Source: the human T2T-CHM13v2.0 reference genome, Homo sapiens
Strand: one strand, 5' to 3'
Assembly (NCBI RefSeq): GCF_009914755.1
Contig: NC_060930.1
Length of the DNA stretch: 64,000 bases
Under the pieces are notes generated by a model. That model saw nothing but the letters and a program-made list of their open reading frames with translations, made no database searches and had not been told where the DNA came from. The translations under genes were made by a program, and so were the position numbers. Positions 53,462-64,000 of the stretch are shown piece by piece. Numbering within the stretch: position 1 is the first letter of the stretch; every line of letters begins with the position of its first letter.

Positions 53462-53898
53462 TGTATTAGTTTTCTAGGGTTGTCATAATCAAAGTATTAC
53501 AAATTGGGTGGCTTAAAATGAGAGAAATGTATTGTCTCAAAGTTCCAGAGGCTAAAAGCATGAAACCAGTGATAGAATTAGGCTTCCTCTAAAACCTTTT
53601 GGGTAATCTTTTCTTGCCTCTTCCTAGCTGCTGGCGGTTTGCCAGCAATCTTCAGCATTGCTTGGCTTGCAATGGCACAACTCTAATTTCTGCCTTCAGT
53701 TTCACATGGTATTCTCCCTGTGTGTCTCTGGGTCTTCAGAGAGCTGTCTTCTTTTACCCTACAGCAGTAAGACCTCATCTTAACTTAATACATGTGAAAA
53801 GATATTATTTTCATATAAGATCACAGTCTGAGGTAGTGAAGGTTAGGACTTCAACTTATTTTGGGAGTGGGAGGAGTGACATGATTCAACCCATAATA
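53462..53898 (-). mobile_element. MLT1B/C-type solo LTR
   Basis: tgtattagttttctagggttgtcataa...gggtggcttaaaa...ggttaggacttcaac...gattcaacccataa. Confidence 0.8.
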
Positions 53899-53962
53899 AC
53901 CCTCTGTGTTGGCAAAAGACACAGTTCATCCCACAGAGGGTGGTGAAAAAAAAGGCGATAAA

Positions 53963-54346
53963 GGGATGTAGTTTGTAGATCCTGTTTTGATTGCCTACTC
54001 TTCACCCCATTGGGTAAGGAGGTTTTCCCATCTTAGGATTTTGGAGATGGCTAAGCAAATGATACATCAACATTGGATAGATGAGATCAACAACAATTTA
54101 TTATTCACATATACTCATAGCCTGGTGGTGGAACATACCACGCAGTGCAGGGTCACACAGGGGTTACACTGAGGCACAGAATGAATGAGCAGGGGATATC
54201 AGAGGCAGTCTTTGTAGTAACAAGAGGATGAGATGACCTCTGGTTTTCATAGGAAGATGTGATTGATTTGTTTGAATATTTTGTGGAATGACAGGGAATT
54301 GTAGCCTGCCACTAGGGGATAAGCAAGAACTGTGGGTGGTCCCCAT
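53963..54346 (-). mobile_element. ERVL LTR fragment (MER76-like)
   Basis: gatgagatcaacaacaatttattattcacatatactcatagcc...gggataagcaagaactg resembles the MER76 consensus as I recall it. Confidence 0.55.
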
Positions 54347-56527
54347 CAGGAGGATGCATTTGACACTCCTGATTCACCGCTCATGAGAGGCAAGGAGTTT
54401 AGTGACTCCATACATAATACCTTTGACCATATGTGGAGATCCAAGGAACATAATGAAGTTGGTTGGTTGCTTCTAAGTTCATGGACAAAGTGATGAAAGA
54501 AAATGATGAACTCAGGGATTCTATCTCCTGGCTTCAGAAGCAGATACTGAGCCTCAAATCTGCTAAGATTGCCATGAGTGAGAGTCTTGTCTCCTGTAGA
54601 GAAAGAGCTGAAATTGTGAGGGAAAAAAAAACAAAAAACAAAAAAAAACAAAAAAAACAACAACAAAAAAAAACAAGCTCTTATCATGCAAGTGGCAGAC
54701 CTGTAATGAAAGGTGCGTGGCAGCCTCACCAGGTGTCTACTGTTAAAGTGAGAGCACTGATTGGAAAAGAATGGGGCCTTGCAACTTGGAATGGGGACGT
54801 GTGGGAGGACCCTGATGAAGCTGGGCACACTGAGTTTGTAAACTCTGATGAACATTTTTTGCCAGAAGAAACAACTTCCCCATCCACAGTAGTGGCAGGA
54901 TCCCCTCCTGGACCCACGCTGCCATTAGCCTTTCCACCTTTGTCTGAGGAGATATACCCTGTGCTGCCTGAGGCAACAGTGATGGCCTCCCCTGAGGCAG
55001 TTGCCAGGCAAGATAATGTTGGTTCTTCTCAGAAGCCACCCCCAACACCTATGTTTGTTTCTAGACCTATAACTAACATCCCAGCAGACTCCTAGAGGTG
55101 AGGTTGAGAGTGTGACCCATGAGGAGGTGCACTACACTCAAAAAGAACTGCTTGAGTTTTCTAATTTATATAAATAGAAATCTGGAGAACAAGCATGGGA
55201 ATGGATATTAAGGGTGTGGGATAATGGTGGAAGGAACGTAGATTTGGATCAGGCTGAATGTAAGACATAATACTTACATGATACCTTTGACCATAAGAAG
55301 GGACTCTGCATTTAATTTGCAGCTTTGGGAGTTAAGAATGGTTCTAATAGTTTATTTGCTTGGTTAGCTGAAATACGGATTAAAAGATGGCCCACTGTGA
55401 GCAAGCTGGAAATGCCTGATCTCCCTTGGTGTAATGTAGAGGAAGGGATCCAAAGTCTTGAGATTGGGATGGTGGAGTGGATTAGTCACTTTAGACATGC
55501 TCATTCTAGCTGGGAGGGTCCAGAAGATATACCCTTAACCAATGCCTCTAGAAATAGATTTGTGAGGGCAGCACCTGCATCTTTGAAGAGCCCTGTATTG
55601 CTCTTCTCTGTATGTCAGATCTAACAGAGGGAACCACAGTCATGCAACTACAAAATTTAAATACAATGGGAAAAATTGGATCTAGAGTTGGCAGGGGCCA
55701 AGTGGTGGCACTAAACCATCAAAGGCAAGGTGGGAGTAGCTACCATAATAAACAGCAAAGGCAAAGCAGCAATCAGAATAGTCTGACTTGTGTAGACCTC
55801 TGGCATTGGCTAATTAATCATGGTGTTCCTAGAAGTGAAATTGGTAGGAAGCCTACTGCATTTCTACTTAATTTATACAAGCAGAAAACTTCTAGGTTGA
55901 ATGGACAAAAGACTAATTTGAATTATAAAAACAGAGAATCATGGCCCCTCAATCAATTCCAAGACTTTAGGTAGTTTATAGACTCAGAACCCCTTGAAAA
56001 AAGGCTAGGCTGGGTCCCCTTGAGGAAGGACCCTACTACATTGCCAACAATTTGTGCAGTGAATCTTTCTCCCATCCTTCCCCAAGGAGATCTCTGGTCT
56101 ATTATCAGGGTAACTCTGCACTGGGGAAAGGAAATGATCAGATATTTCAGGGACTACTAGACACTGGCTCTGAGCTGACATTGATTCCACAGGACCCAAA
56201 ACATCATTTTGGTTCTCCAGTTAAAGTAGGTGCTTATAGAGGTCAGGTAATTAATGGAGTTTTAGCTCAAGTCCGACTTACAGTGGGTCCCTGGACTCCT
56301 CCTGTGGTCATTTCCCCAGTGCATAGACATGCTCAGCAGCTGACTGAACCCCCACATTGGCTCCATGACTTGTAGAGTAAGGGCTATTATGGTGAGAAAG
56401 GCTAAATGGAAGCCATTAGAGCTGCTTCCACCTAGAAAATAGTAAATAAAAAACAATATCTCATTCCTGGAGGAATTGCGGAGATTAGTGCCACCATCAA
56501 GCCCTTGAAAGATGCAGGGGAGGTGAT
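54347..56527 (+). mobile_element. HERV-L / ERVL-B4 internal fragment (gag, protease, start of pol), LTR-less and disrupted
   Basis: Gag peptides VKVRALIGKEW...WNGDVWEDP (ORF 54463-55095) and DLWHWLINHGVPRSEI (ORF 55612-55974); protease motif GLLDTGSELTLIP (ORF 56052-56375). Confidence 0.9.
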
Positions 56528-56529
56528 AA

Positions 56530-59500
56530 ATACACAAATAGGTTGGAATTAAACCAATTGAAAAAATATATAAACATGAAGATTAGGACTTTCATTTGTC
56601 TATATTAAGATTTTCATTTGATTATCTTAACTAAGACTTTCATTTGGGTATATTAATAAGAGACATAGTAGATTCCAAAACAAGCAATATCACTAGTAAC
56701 AGAAAGGATTATTACTAATGAAAGAGGAATTTATCAAGAATTCACACCAATCTTAAGTGTGTATGCCTCTAACAGAACTTCAAATATATGAGGCAAAAAC
56801 TAACAGAACAGAAAGGAGAAATATATAAAATCCCAATTACTGTTAAGTGTTTTAACACTTTGATGAAATTAAGTGGTAGAACAAATAGAAAACCACTTAT
56901 AGGAGACTTGGAATACACAGCTGACACATACAGAATATGTCACCTCCAACAGCAGCAACCAGGCTATTTTTAAATACATGTGGAACATCTATCAATCGAA
57001 ATTATATTCCAGATTATTAAAAAACTTGAGAAGGATAAAAATAAACCAAAGTATGTGCTTGAAAAATAAAACTTTTTAGAGAAGTAGAAATTCAAAACAG
57101 AAAGATATCTGAAAAATCCACAAACACATCTCTAAATAACCTTTGAGTCAAAGGTAAATTACTAGGCAAATCTTAAAATATTTTGAAGTGAGTAAAAATA
57201 AAAACGCAATTATCAAAATGGATTAGATTCTTCAAAACAGCTATAGATTAGTTTATATATTTAAGTTATACAAATTTTATTAGAGGAGAAGGTCTAAAAT
57301 CAGTAATCTAAGCTTCATCCTAAAATAGAAACTTAAAATGCAAAATTAAAACCAACGCTAAAGGACAGAAAGAAATAATAAAGACAAAAACACAAATAAA
57401 CAAAAGGGAAAATGAAAAATAAAAAAACCAAAAACATAAAAAGGTTTTTTAATTAATAAAATTGATCACCTGAAAAAGAGGAGCTAAATTAAGATCAGGA
57501 GTTAAAGATGGGTTCTAACTACAGATCCTACAGGCAATTAAATATTAATAAGGGAATATTATAAAGTTTTATGATAATACATTTGACAAGTGTTTAAATG
57601 AACAAGCAATAAATTTATAATTTTATTAAATTTAATAAGTTTATAAAATTTATAAAAATAAAAATAAATTCCCAAAAGAGAATGAAAAAAATAATCTGAA
57701 TTGCCCCATTTTCTATTAAATAATTTGACTTCATAATTAAACATTTCTTCATAACAAAGTCTCCTGGGAGGATGGCTTTACTTGAGAACACTATCAGACA
57801 TTTAAGGAATAAATAAATACAATAAAATAAAAAGAAAAATATTTCATTACATATGCAAATTATGTAACATTAAAATTTCAATATCTGTAGTTTTAGTAAA
57901 GCTCAGCAATATTTTTTGTTTGTTTGTTTACATATTATCTATGATTCCTTTCATACTACAGTGAAAGAGTTGATTAGTTGCAACAGAGACTATATGTGTT
58001 GCTTTCATTGCTTCTCACCACTGCTTGGTATCCACCACAAATCACAGCGATGCAGTTATAATGCAATCCTTTTCAGAAAAAATTTTCTGAGTCTTGCATT
58101 ATAAAAAAAAAGTTGCAACCTGACTCTTGTCCCACATAAAGAACAAAAATAACCTCTAATTAGATCACATATTTAAATGTAAAACACACACCCATGCACA
58201 CACACACACACACACACACACAGAGGGAAAATATTGGTGATTTTTAATATATAAAATTTAAGAAATCTTGTTGTCAAAATCCCAGTTAACAATATGAAGA
58301 GGTAAGTAATAGAATGAGATTTACAACATGCATCTAGTACATATATTTTAAAAACCTAAAAATAAACAAGATAAGACAAATTATCCGATAGAAATATATG
58401 CATAAAATTGAGTATGCAGTTCACAAAAGACATTAGGGAAATGATCTGAAAGGTACTCACCCTCTTTAGTTATCATTTAAAATAAAACCACATTAAGCCA
58501 TCACTACTTTCCTACTAGAATGTCAAATATTAAATAGACTGGCAATGCAAATCATGGTTAGCATGTAGAGAAAGAAATACTCTCATATTTTTCTGATCAT
58601 AGCATGTGGTTAAATCACTTTGGAAAAAATTTTGACATTTTTTACTAAAGTTGAGTATTCTAGCCAGCAATTACCGTCGCTGAGTTATATCCAACAGAAA
58701 TGTGTGTACATATGTACCAAAAGACATGTACAGGCATATTTATAGCAGCATTATTCATAATATCTCTACACTGGAAGCAACCCAGAAGTGTAAGAGAAAA
58801 GAGAAATGAACTGTGTTATATTTATACTATGGAATATGGCTTAGTTCATTTCCTGCTTCTATAACAAGATACCACAGACTGAGTAATTTATAAAGAATAG
58901 AAGTGTACTTGGCTAATGGTTCTGGAGGCTGGAAAGTCCTAGAGGATGTCAATGGTATCTGATGAGGGCCATCCTCTGATGAAGACATCATATTTCAAGG
59001 TAGCATTTGAGACAGAAAGAAAAAGGGAACTTAACTCTCACAATAACTAACCCACTCCTATGATAATGGCATTATTCCATTCATGAGAGCAAAGCTCTGA
59101 TGACCTAATTACCTCTTAAACTTTGACCTCTTGAAACCATCACAATGTCAATTAAATTTAAACATGAGTTTTGGAGGGGATGTTCAAACAATAGCAGAAC
59201 ACTACATAACAATGAAAAAGTGCACAATTGTAGCATGCAATGCCATGTGAGAGTCTCACCCAAAAAATAAGAAATAAATGCAACCACAAAAATATTCCTA
59301 TATAATTCCATTAATATGAAGTACAATGATAGGCAATCTTATATTTTGTCAGAGGTCAGAATAATTGGTTTTTGGATGTGGAAGATTAGTGATTGAGAAG
59401 CAACATAGAACAATCTTTTGAGTGCTCATAATATTCTTGTTTGTAGCATATATGAAAGTTGTACATCTTTTGTTGTGATAATTAATCAAGTTTTATGCAG

Positions 59501-59570
59501 GTTTTTGTACTTTTCTGTATGTGTGTTATCTTTCTGAAATATCTTAATGTTTAAAAAGTAACGTGATTTG
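56530..59570 (+). mobile_element. Degraded L1M (L1MC/ME-like) ORF2 and 3' end, interrupted by a MER58-like fragment (~57830-57995), (CA)n and an MST LTR
   Basis: ORF 56788-56973 (RQKLTEQKGEI...GRTNRK); later tracts gtaccaaaagacatgtacaggcatatttatagcagcattattcataat. Confidence 0.7.
58837..59196 (-). mobile_element. MST-family (MSTB/C-like) solo LTR
   Basis: cttagttcatttcctgcttctataacaagataccacagactgagtaatttataaagaa...gagttttggaggggatgttcaaacaatagca; TSD gaata/gaaca. Confidence 0.85.
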
Positions 59571-59575
59571 AAATA

Positions 59576-61927
59576 CAGTTATACACTGGAGATACTGAAG
59601 GTTTGGTTTGAGGCCATAACAATAAAACAAATATTGCAATAAAGTGAGTCACACACTTTTTTTTGTTTTCGGCTGCATATAAAAGTCATGTTTACACTAT
59701 AATATAGTCTAAGTATGTGATAGTGTTATGTCCAAAGAAACAATATACATATCTTCATTTAAAAACACTTTATTGTTAAAAATGCTAATAATCATTGAAG
59801 CCTTTCACGAGTCATAACCTTTTTGCTAGTTGCAGGTCTTGCCTCAGTGTTGATGGCTGCTGACTGATCAGGGTGGTGGTTGCTGAGTTTGGGGTAAGCT
59901 ATGGCAATTTCTTAAATTAAGACAACAATAAAGTTTGCCACATTAATTGACTCTTCCTTTCATGAAAGATTTATCTGTAGCATGTGATGCTGCTTGATAG
60001 CATTTTAACCACAGTAGATAGAACTTCTTTCAAAATTGGTGTCAATCTTCCAAACTCTGCCTCGGCTTTATCAACTCCATTTATGTAATATTATAAACCA
60101 CTGGTTGTCGTTTCAACAATGTTTACAGCATCTTTAGCAGGAGTGAACTCCATCACAAGAAACCACTTTCTTTACTCATCCTTAAGAAACAATTCCTCAT
60201 ATGTTTGTTTTATCATGAGATTACAGCAATTCAGTCACATCTTTACTCTGCTTCTAATTCTAGTTCTCTTGCTATTTTCACCACATCTGCAGTTACTTCC
60301 TCCACTGCAGTCTCAAACCCCTGAAAGTCATCCATGAGGGCTGTGATTAACTTCTTCCAAACCATTGTTAACATGGATATTTTGACCTCATCCCATGAAT
60401 CATGAGTGTCCTTAGTAGCATCTAGATGGTGAATTCTTTCCAGGAGGTTTTCAAGTTACTGTATGCAGCACCATCAGAGGAATCACTATCTGTGGTAGCT
60501 ATAGCCTCATGAAAAGTATTTCTTAAATTATAACACTTGAAAGTCAAAATTACTCCCTTATCCATGGGCTGCAGAATGAATGTTGTATAAGCAGGCATGA
60601 AAGCAACATTAATGTCCCTGCACATCTCTATCAGAGCTCTTGGGTAACCAGGTGCATTTTCAATGAGCAGCAATATTTTGAAAAGAATCCTTTTTCCTGA
60701 GGAGTAAGTTTAATCAGTGGTCTTACAATATGCAGTAAACCATCCTGTAAACAGATGTGCTATCATCCAGGTTTTGTTCTTCCATTTACAGTGCAAGGCA
60801 TGGTAGATTTAGCATAATTCTTAAGGGCCCTAGGATTTTCAAAATGGTAAATGACCATTGGCTTCAACTTAATTTCACCACCTGTATTGGACCCTAGCAA
60901 GATTGTCAGCTTATCCTTTGAAGCTTTGAAGCCAGGCATTTGCATCTTCTTCCAGTAAATGGCTATTTTGCATACATGGAAAATTGTTTAGTGCAGCCAC
61001 ATTCATCAATCATCTCAGTTAGATCTTCTGGGTAACTTGCTGCAGCTTCTACATCAGCCCTTGCTGCTTTACCTTGCATTTTTATGTTATAGAAAGAGCT
61101 TCTTTCATCAAAACTCAAGACTCAACCTCTGCCAGCTTCAAATTTTTCTTCTGCAGCTTCTTCACCTCTCTTAGCCTTCATAGAACTAACGAAAATTAGG
61201 ATGTTTCTTGGAATTAGGCTTTGGATTAAGGCAATGTTGTGGCTGGTTTGATCTTCTATCCAGACCACTACTACTTTCTCCATTATCAGCAATAAGGCTG
61301 TCTTTCTTTCTTATCACTCACGTGTTCACTGGAGTAGCACTTTTAATTTTCTTCAGTAAGTTTTTCTCTGCATTCACAACTTGGCTATTTGGCACAAGAG
61401 GCTATGCTTTTAGCCCATCTCAATTTTCAACAACCTTCCTCACTAAGCTTAATTGTTTCTAGCTTTTGATTTCCGGTGAGAGACACATGATTCTATTTTT
61501 TCACTTGAACACTTAGAGGCCATAGTGGGGTTTTTAATCGACCAAATTTCAATACTGCTGTTTCAGGGAATAGGGAGGCCCAAGGAGAGGGAGAGAGATG
61601 GGGAAAATCTGGTCAATGGAGCAATCAGAACACACATATCTATCAATTATGTTTGCTGTCTTATATGGGAGTGATTTGTGGTGCCCCCCAAATTTACTAT
61701 AGTAACATCAAAGATCACCATAACAGATATAATTTAAAAATTTGAAAATTTAAAAAGTGTGAGAATTACTACAATATGATACAAAGACATGAAGTGAGCA
61801 CATTCTGTTAAAAAAATGCCACAATTAGACATGATGGATGCAAGGTTGGTACAAATTTTCAATTTGTAAAAACCACCATATCTGCAAAATACAGTAAAGT
61901 AAAATGCAATATAATGAGGTATACTCA
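59576..61927 (-). mobile_element. Near-full-length Tigger1 DNA transposon (pogo-like DDE transposase, disrupted)
   Basis: Ends cagttatacactggagata and aatataatgaggtatactca resemble the Tigger1 TIR CAGGCATACCTC; TA at 59574-59575. Transposase peptides [16 protein letters not shown] (60763-60945) and [10 protein letters not shown]...LQPMDKGVI (60422-60673). Confidence 0.92.
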
Positions 61928-64000
61928 TCATAAGACTCTTTGAGGGGTAAGGTAGCTGTGAGTCGTAGCTTAATGATATTAATCACATCACTATATATAA
62001 AATTTTATTTCTACGCTTTTGTACATCACAGTCACATACATCAAATGGTTTCCTCAAGGCATAATGCATCCAATATTTTTGATATAGGATGCTTTTGTTG
62101 TACCATTAGGTAAATACATAATTTACATCTAATAGAAGGGCAACTATTTAAGATCAGTAAGCTTTATCTGTAATTTCCTTTCTCTAGAATAAATAGTTTC
62201 CTTTTTCCATTCATTCAAAATAAAAATTTCTATGTCCAATTGGTAGAAAACTTTCTACTTGCTATATTGCCTGTGGGTAGCTCCTTCCACTTCAGTGAAC
62301 ATCTATGATCCCATGTATGTGAATATGGAACCTATATAGCTTCTATAGACTAGTTATCCAGAACTCTACAATACTAAGAGCTTGTGAAATGCTGACACAT
62401 TGATCTGCTTTGACTTACAGTAGTATCCAAGCCTACACGATAGAAATATAAACTTACAAATAATTTTAGCTGCATCCTTTCAAAACCCAGAAAATTCACA
62501 CATGTAGCACTATTAGTATTAATTATATCAATAGTACTATATATTTATTCATTCTTAAACTGTACTACATTCACTCATCTCTCAATAAAGCTTACAAATT
62601 GTTTTAAAATAGCCATTATGCATTAGTTCTCTTTAGTTGAGATGTAAGTTTTCCTTTGGAAAACAGATAATATAAAATAAATTAGCTAAAGTCAAGTCTT
62701 TTTCTGTTTATGCAAAGGAGAAAGAATAATAATATAATAATGTTATTGGTAGGGAAACATATATTACATATATTGCAGAATGTACAATCTCTTCTTTGTT
62801 AGGAAATCACTCACTGCTGAAAGACAAATTGATGACAACTTTGTTATTGTAAAGTACTTCTGATATCACACTATTCCCATCGTGATCTTTACCAGCATAT
62901 TACTGTGTCTGAACCCAAATGTAGTTTAATGATAAGCTTTCTAGAAGAACTGAAAGGAGATTTAATTTAGTCCCAGAAAAAATCTATTTCTATATAATCA
63001 CAGAAAATCAAAATCTATATAGTCAAGGAAAGTCTGTTTCTACTAATGACTCAAAGATGGTTATTTCTATAAATAGAAAACATACAATTCTTATGGAAAG
63101 TGTCATAAAACTATTTCTCGATGAAGCTGTCTGAGATTTCAATGAAGACAGAGGAGAACACTTTCCAGGACATATATTCTTATATTCTCACAAGTTTACC
63201 ATAAATCCCAAGAAAAACAAATGGGGAAACAGCAGTATTATTTGTATAATATCATCCTCTTTGGAATAAAACAGTTATTCTCAGCTAGGGTAATCAAATA
63301 GAGATTACGCAAACTGGAGGATTTTTTTATAGTAGTGTTTGTTTGGCTTTCATGATGTTAGTGAAAATATTTTAAATGCTCCAAATTTCACTTTTTCTAC
63401 TTTATCAAAGAGGTTGCTCTTAGGCCATTTTGCTTTCTCCTGTATTTTCAATTGGGCCTTCACTACTTGGCTGTGCATATTGGTTACCACCATGCTTTTT
63501 TCCTAAAAAAAAAAAAACAAAAAAAACCAGAAAACATATTGCTCTTCTAGTCCACTTTTAAACAAAGATTACAGCATCTTCACCTTTCTTTCTACCTTTC
63601 CACAGAATTTCATTTTAAGTTTATTTTAGTTATATTTTATATTTCCTTTTTGAGATTCATATTTATATTTTATAATCATAATCAACTTTTCTCTGCTCTA
63701 TTGATAGGTTAAATCTAAAAGTTGAAAAAATGAGTGATATTGACCTTATTATGATTATAGAAATATTGTTGATTACAGAGCTAACTCACTTCCTTTGCTA
63801 ATTTTCAAACAATACATTTACTTCATCAAAGAAAATGTTTTAACTACTTATACATTACTTAAACATTTATTTGATTTTACATTTGCACTAAGATTTTTTT
63901 CAAGTCCCTCCTCCAAATTTCAAAGATTCCTTAGTAGTTTGTTTTAATATTGAAAAATGTTATATACCTCATTCTCTATATCACCAATAATCTCTAGTGC

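Noticed and set aside
56584-56646. Repeat-spacer pattern resembling a mini CRISPR array
   Set aside because: This is mammalian DNA with only three imperfect 15-mers, 7-11-nt spacers and no cas genes. It is a local duplication.

Overview
This window reads as AT-rich primate genomic DNA, most likely human, judged from Alu, L1PA2-like, LTR12C and THE1 elements. It is intergenic or deep-intronic, and I see no convincing intact host protein-coding exon. Most of it is layered transposable-element debris: old L1M and L2/MIR fragments, an internally deleted L1PB, MaLR LTRs (THE1, MST, MLT1), a complete THE1 provirus, a HERV-L gag-pro fragment, near-full-length Hsmar2 and Tigger1 transposons, and several Alus. 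The one host-derived coding relic is an old processed RPS3A pseudogene (minus strand, ~35549-36377), whose poly(A) position holds a (GGAA)17 microsatellite. The most notable structure is a solo LTR12C (4-bp TSD) split by a twin-primed, 5'-inverted L1PA2/3 whose inverted half keeps an open RT-domain ORF. Also worth checking are a diverged ~230-bp direct duplication in apparently unique sequence (50505/52033) and a templated-insertion scar inside the HERV-L gag. I did not find a new biological system. Repeat subfamily names come from recalled consensus sequences and need confirming with RepeatMasker/Dfam.
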